DNA of 32,000 bases from the NCBI RefSeq assembly GCF_003428155.1, contig NZ_QLIR01000009.1:30001-62000 (forward strand). Direction: 5' to 3'. This document shows positions 31,396 through 32,000 of the stretch, one piece after another (within the stretch, counting starts at the first letter, position 1; every line of letters begins with the position of its first letter). This DNA is from Fastidiosibacter lacustris (lineage in GTDB: Bacteria > Pseudomonadota > Gammaproteobacteria > Francisellales > Francisellaceae). The position numbers and the translations under genes were made by a program. Below the pieces are notes generated by a model. That model was not told the origin of the DNA. It saw only the letters and a program-made list of their open reading frames with translations, and made no database searches.

Positions 31396-31821
31396 CTACC
31401 CTAATAAATTTTGCAATTCTTGGTAACACATCTGCCAACTTTTTTTATATACATCAATATCAATGACATCACACGCCAATAAATTGGCGCGTTTTATGTA
31501 GGTCTCTAGTTGCTGCTTTTCATATAAATATACTACATGTGTGATATATGCTGATGCTTGAGTTTGTTTGACTATACAAAATCCTTTATCATGAATGTGA
31601 AGTTTCCCCTGATAAGCCCTATTATATAAAGAACCAAGCCAGATTGTCTCTATTTTTTCCACTACAACCAAATCGTCTGCTACTAATGAAAAACCATAAT
31701 TTGTAACCAAATAATGACTAAAACTAGATTTACCGATATTAGACTCGCCAATAATCAGCAAACCAAGTTTATTCATATTTGCAACTAAATTTGCATGCCA
31801 GTACTCAAGTTTTTTGTTCAT
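31396..31821 (-). CDS. hprK: Short HPr kinase/phosphorylase homologue
   Basis: 'WHANLV...LLIIGESNIGKSSFSHYLV..YGFSLVADDLVVVE' matches the HPrK catalytic core with a Walker A and the ADD motif. Start at ATG 31821 (MNKKLEYWHANL), about 141 aa; the ORF-track start 31884 would overlap ptsN more deeply. Confidence 0.75.
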   Translation of the reverse strand: MNKKLEYWHANLVANMNKLGLLIIGESNIGKSSFSHYLVTNYGFSLVADDLVVVEKIETIWLGSLYNRAYQGKLHIHDKGFCIVKQTQASAYITHVVYLYEKQQLETYIKRANLLACDVIDIDVYKKSWQMCYQELQNLLG

Positions 31822-32000
31822 CTTTAAAAAATATTTGATAAAGCTCTTCATTCGAGCTTGCTGCGTGAATACTATCAAGCACACCTGGAGACTTTAAAAA
31901 TTTAACGAGTTCAGCTATAAATTGAATATGTACATCACTTACATTTTTAGGGAAAATCACTGCAATGAAGACACCTACTTTTTGTTCAGCTGTGTCATAC
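31805..32000 (-). CDS. ptsN: PTS EIIA-Ntr (PtsN) family protein, C-terminal part only, running off the right edge
   Basis: Not in the supplied ORF track. Reverse-strand translation ...YDTAEQKVGVFIAVIFPKNVSDVHIQFIAELVKFLKSPGVLDSIHAASSNEELYQIFFKDEQKT* matches the PtsN C-terminal pattern (HL.LLSEL...L...L..A.S.EELY). Stop at 31805..31807. Confidence 0.78.
   Translation of the reverse strand, partial: YDTAEQKVGVFIAVIFPKNVSDVHIQFIAELVKFLKSPGVLDSIHAASSNEELYQIFFKDEQKT

Noticed and set aside
1-32000. CRISPR arrays, toxin-antitoxin pairs, restriction-modification, retron or phage-defence modules, insertion sequences, tRNA genes
   Set aside because: No regularly spaced repeats, no nuclease or reverse-transcriptase motifs, no transposase and no tRNA-like cloverleaf was recognised. 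The accessory content of this window is very low.

Overview
This 32 kb window looks like ordinary housekeeping chromosome from an AT-rich gammaproteobacterium. The gene content (gshA, trmB, fis, a glycolytic block, cydAB) is loosely reminiscent of the Francisella/Fastidiosibacter branch, but that placement is inference. Gene order, left to right: partial ORF (-), DedA (-), MFS transporter (+), gshA (+), trmB (+), small membrane ORF (+), fis (-), RodZ-like (+), nagZ (+); a minus-strand block transcribed perM-like > recJ-like > tkt > gap > pgk > pyk > fba; small membrane protein (+); cydA > cydB > small two-helix ORF (-) divergent from an FNR regulator (+); zwf > pgl > pgi (-); trmL (-); ribokinase (+), NIF3 (+), phaR (+); HTH ORF (-); ptsN > hprK-like > rapZ > EIIA-Man > HPr (-). 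No CRISPR array, rRNA, tRNA, transposase or obvious new defence system was found. The observations most worth following up are a perfect FNR-type box (TTGAT-TTAA-ATCAA) in the cydA/fnr divergent region, an ORF absent from the supplied track (17994..18152) with a good Shine-Dalgarno just after cydB, and a very short, signature-degenerate HPr kinase homologue in what resembles a regulatory-only PTS operon.
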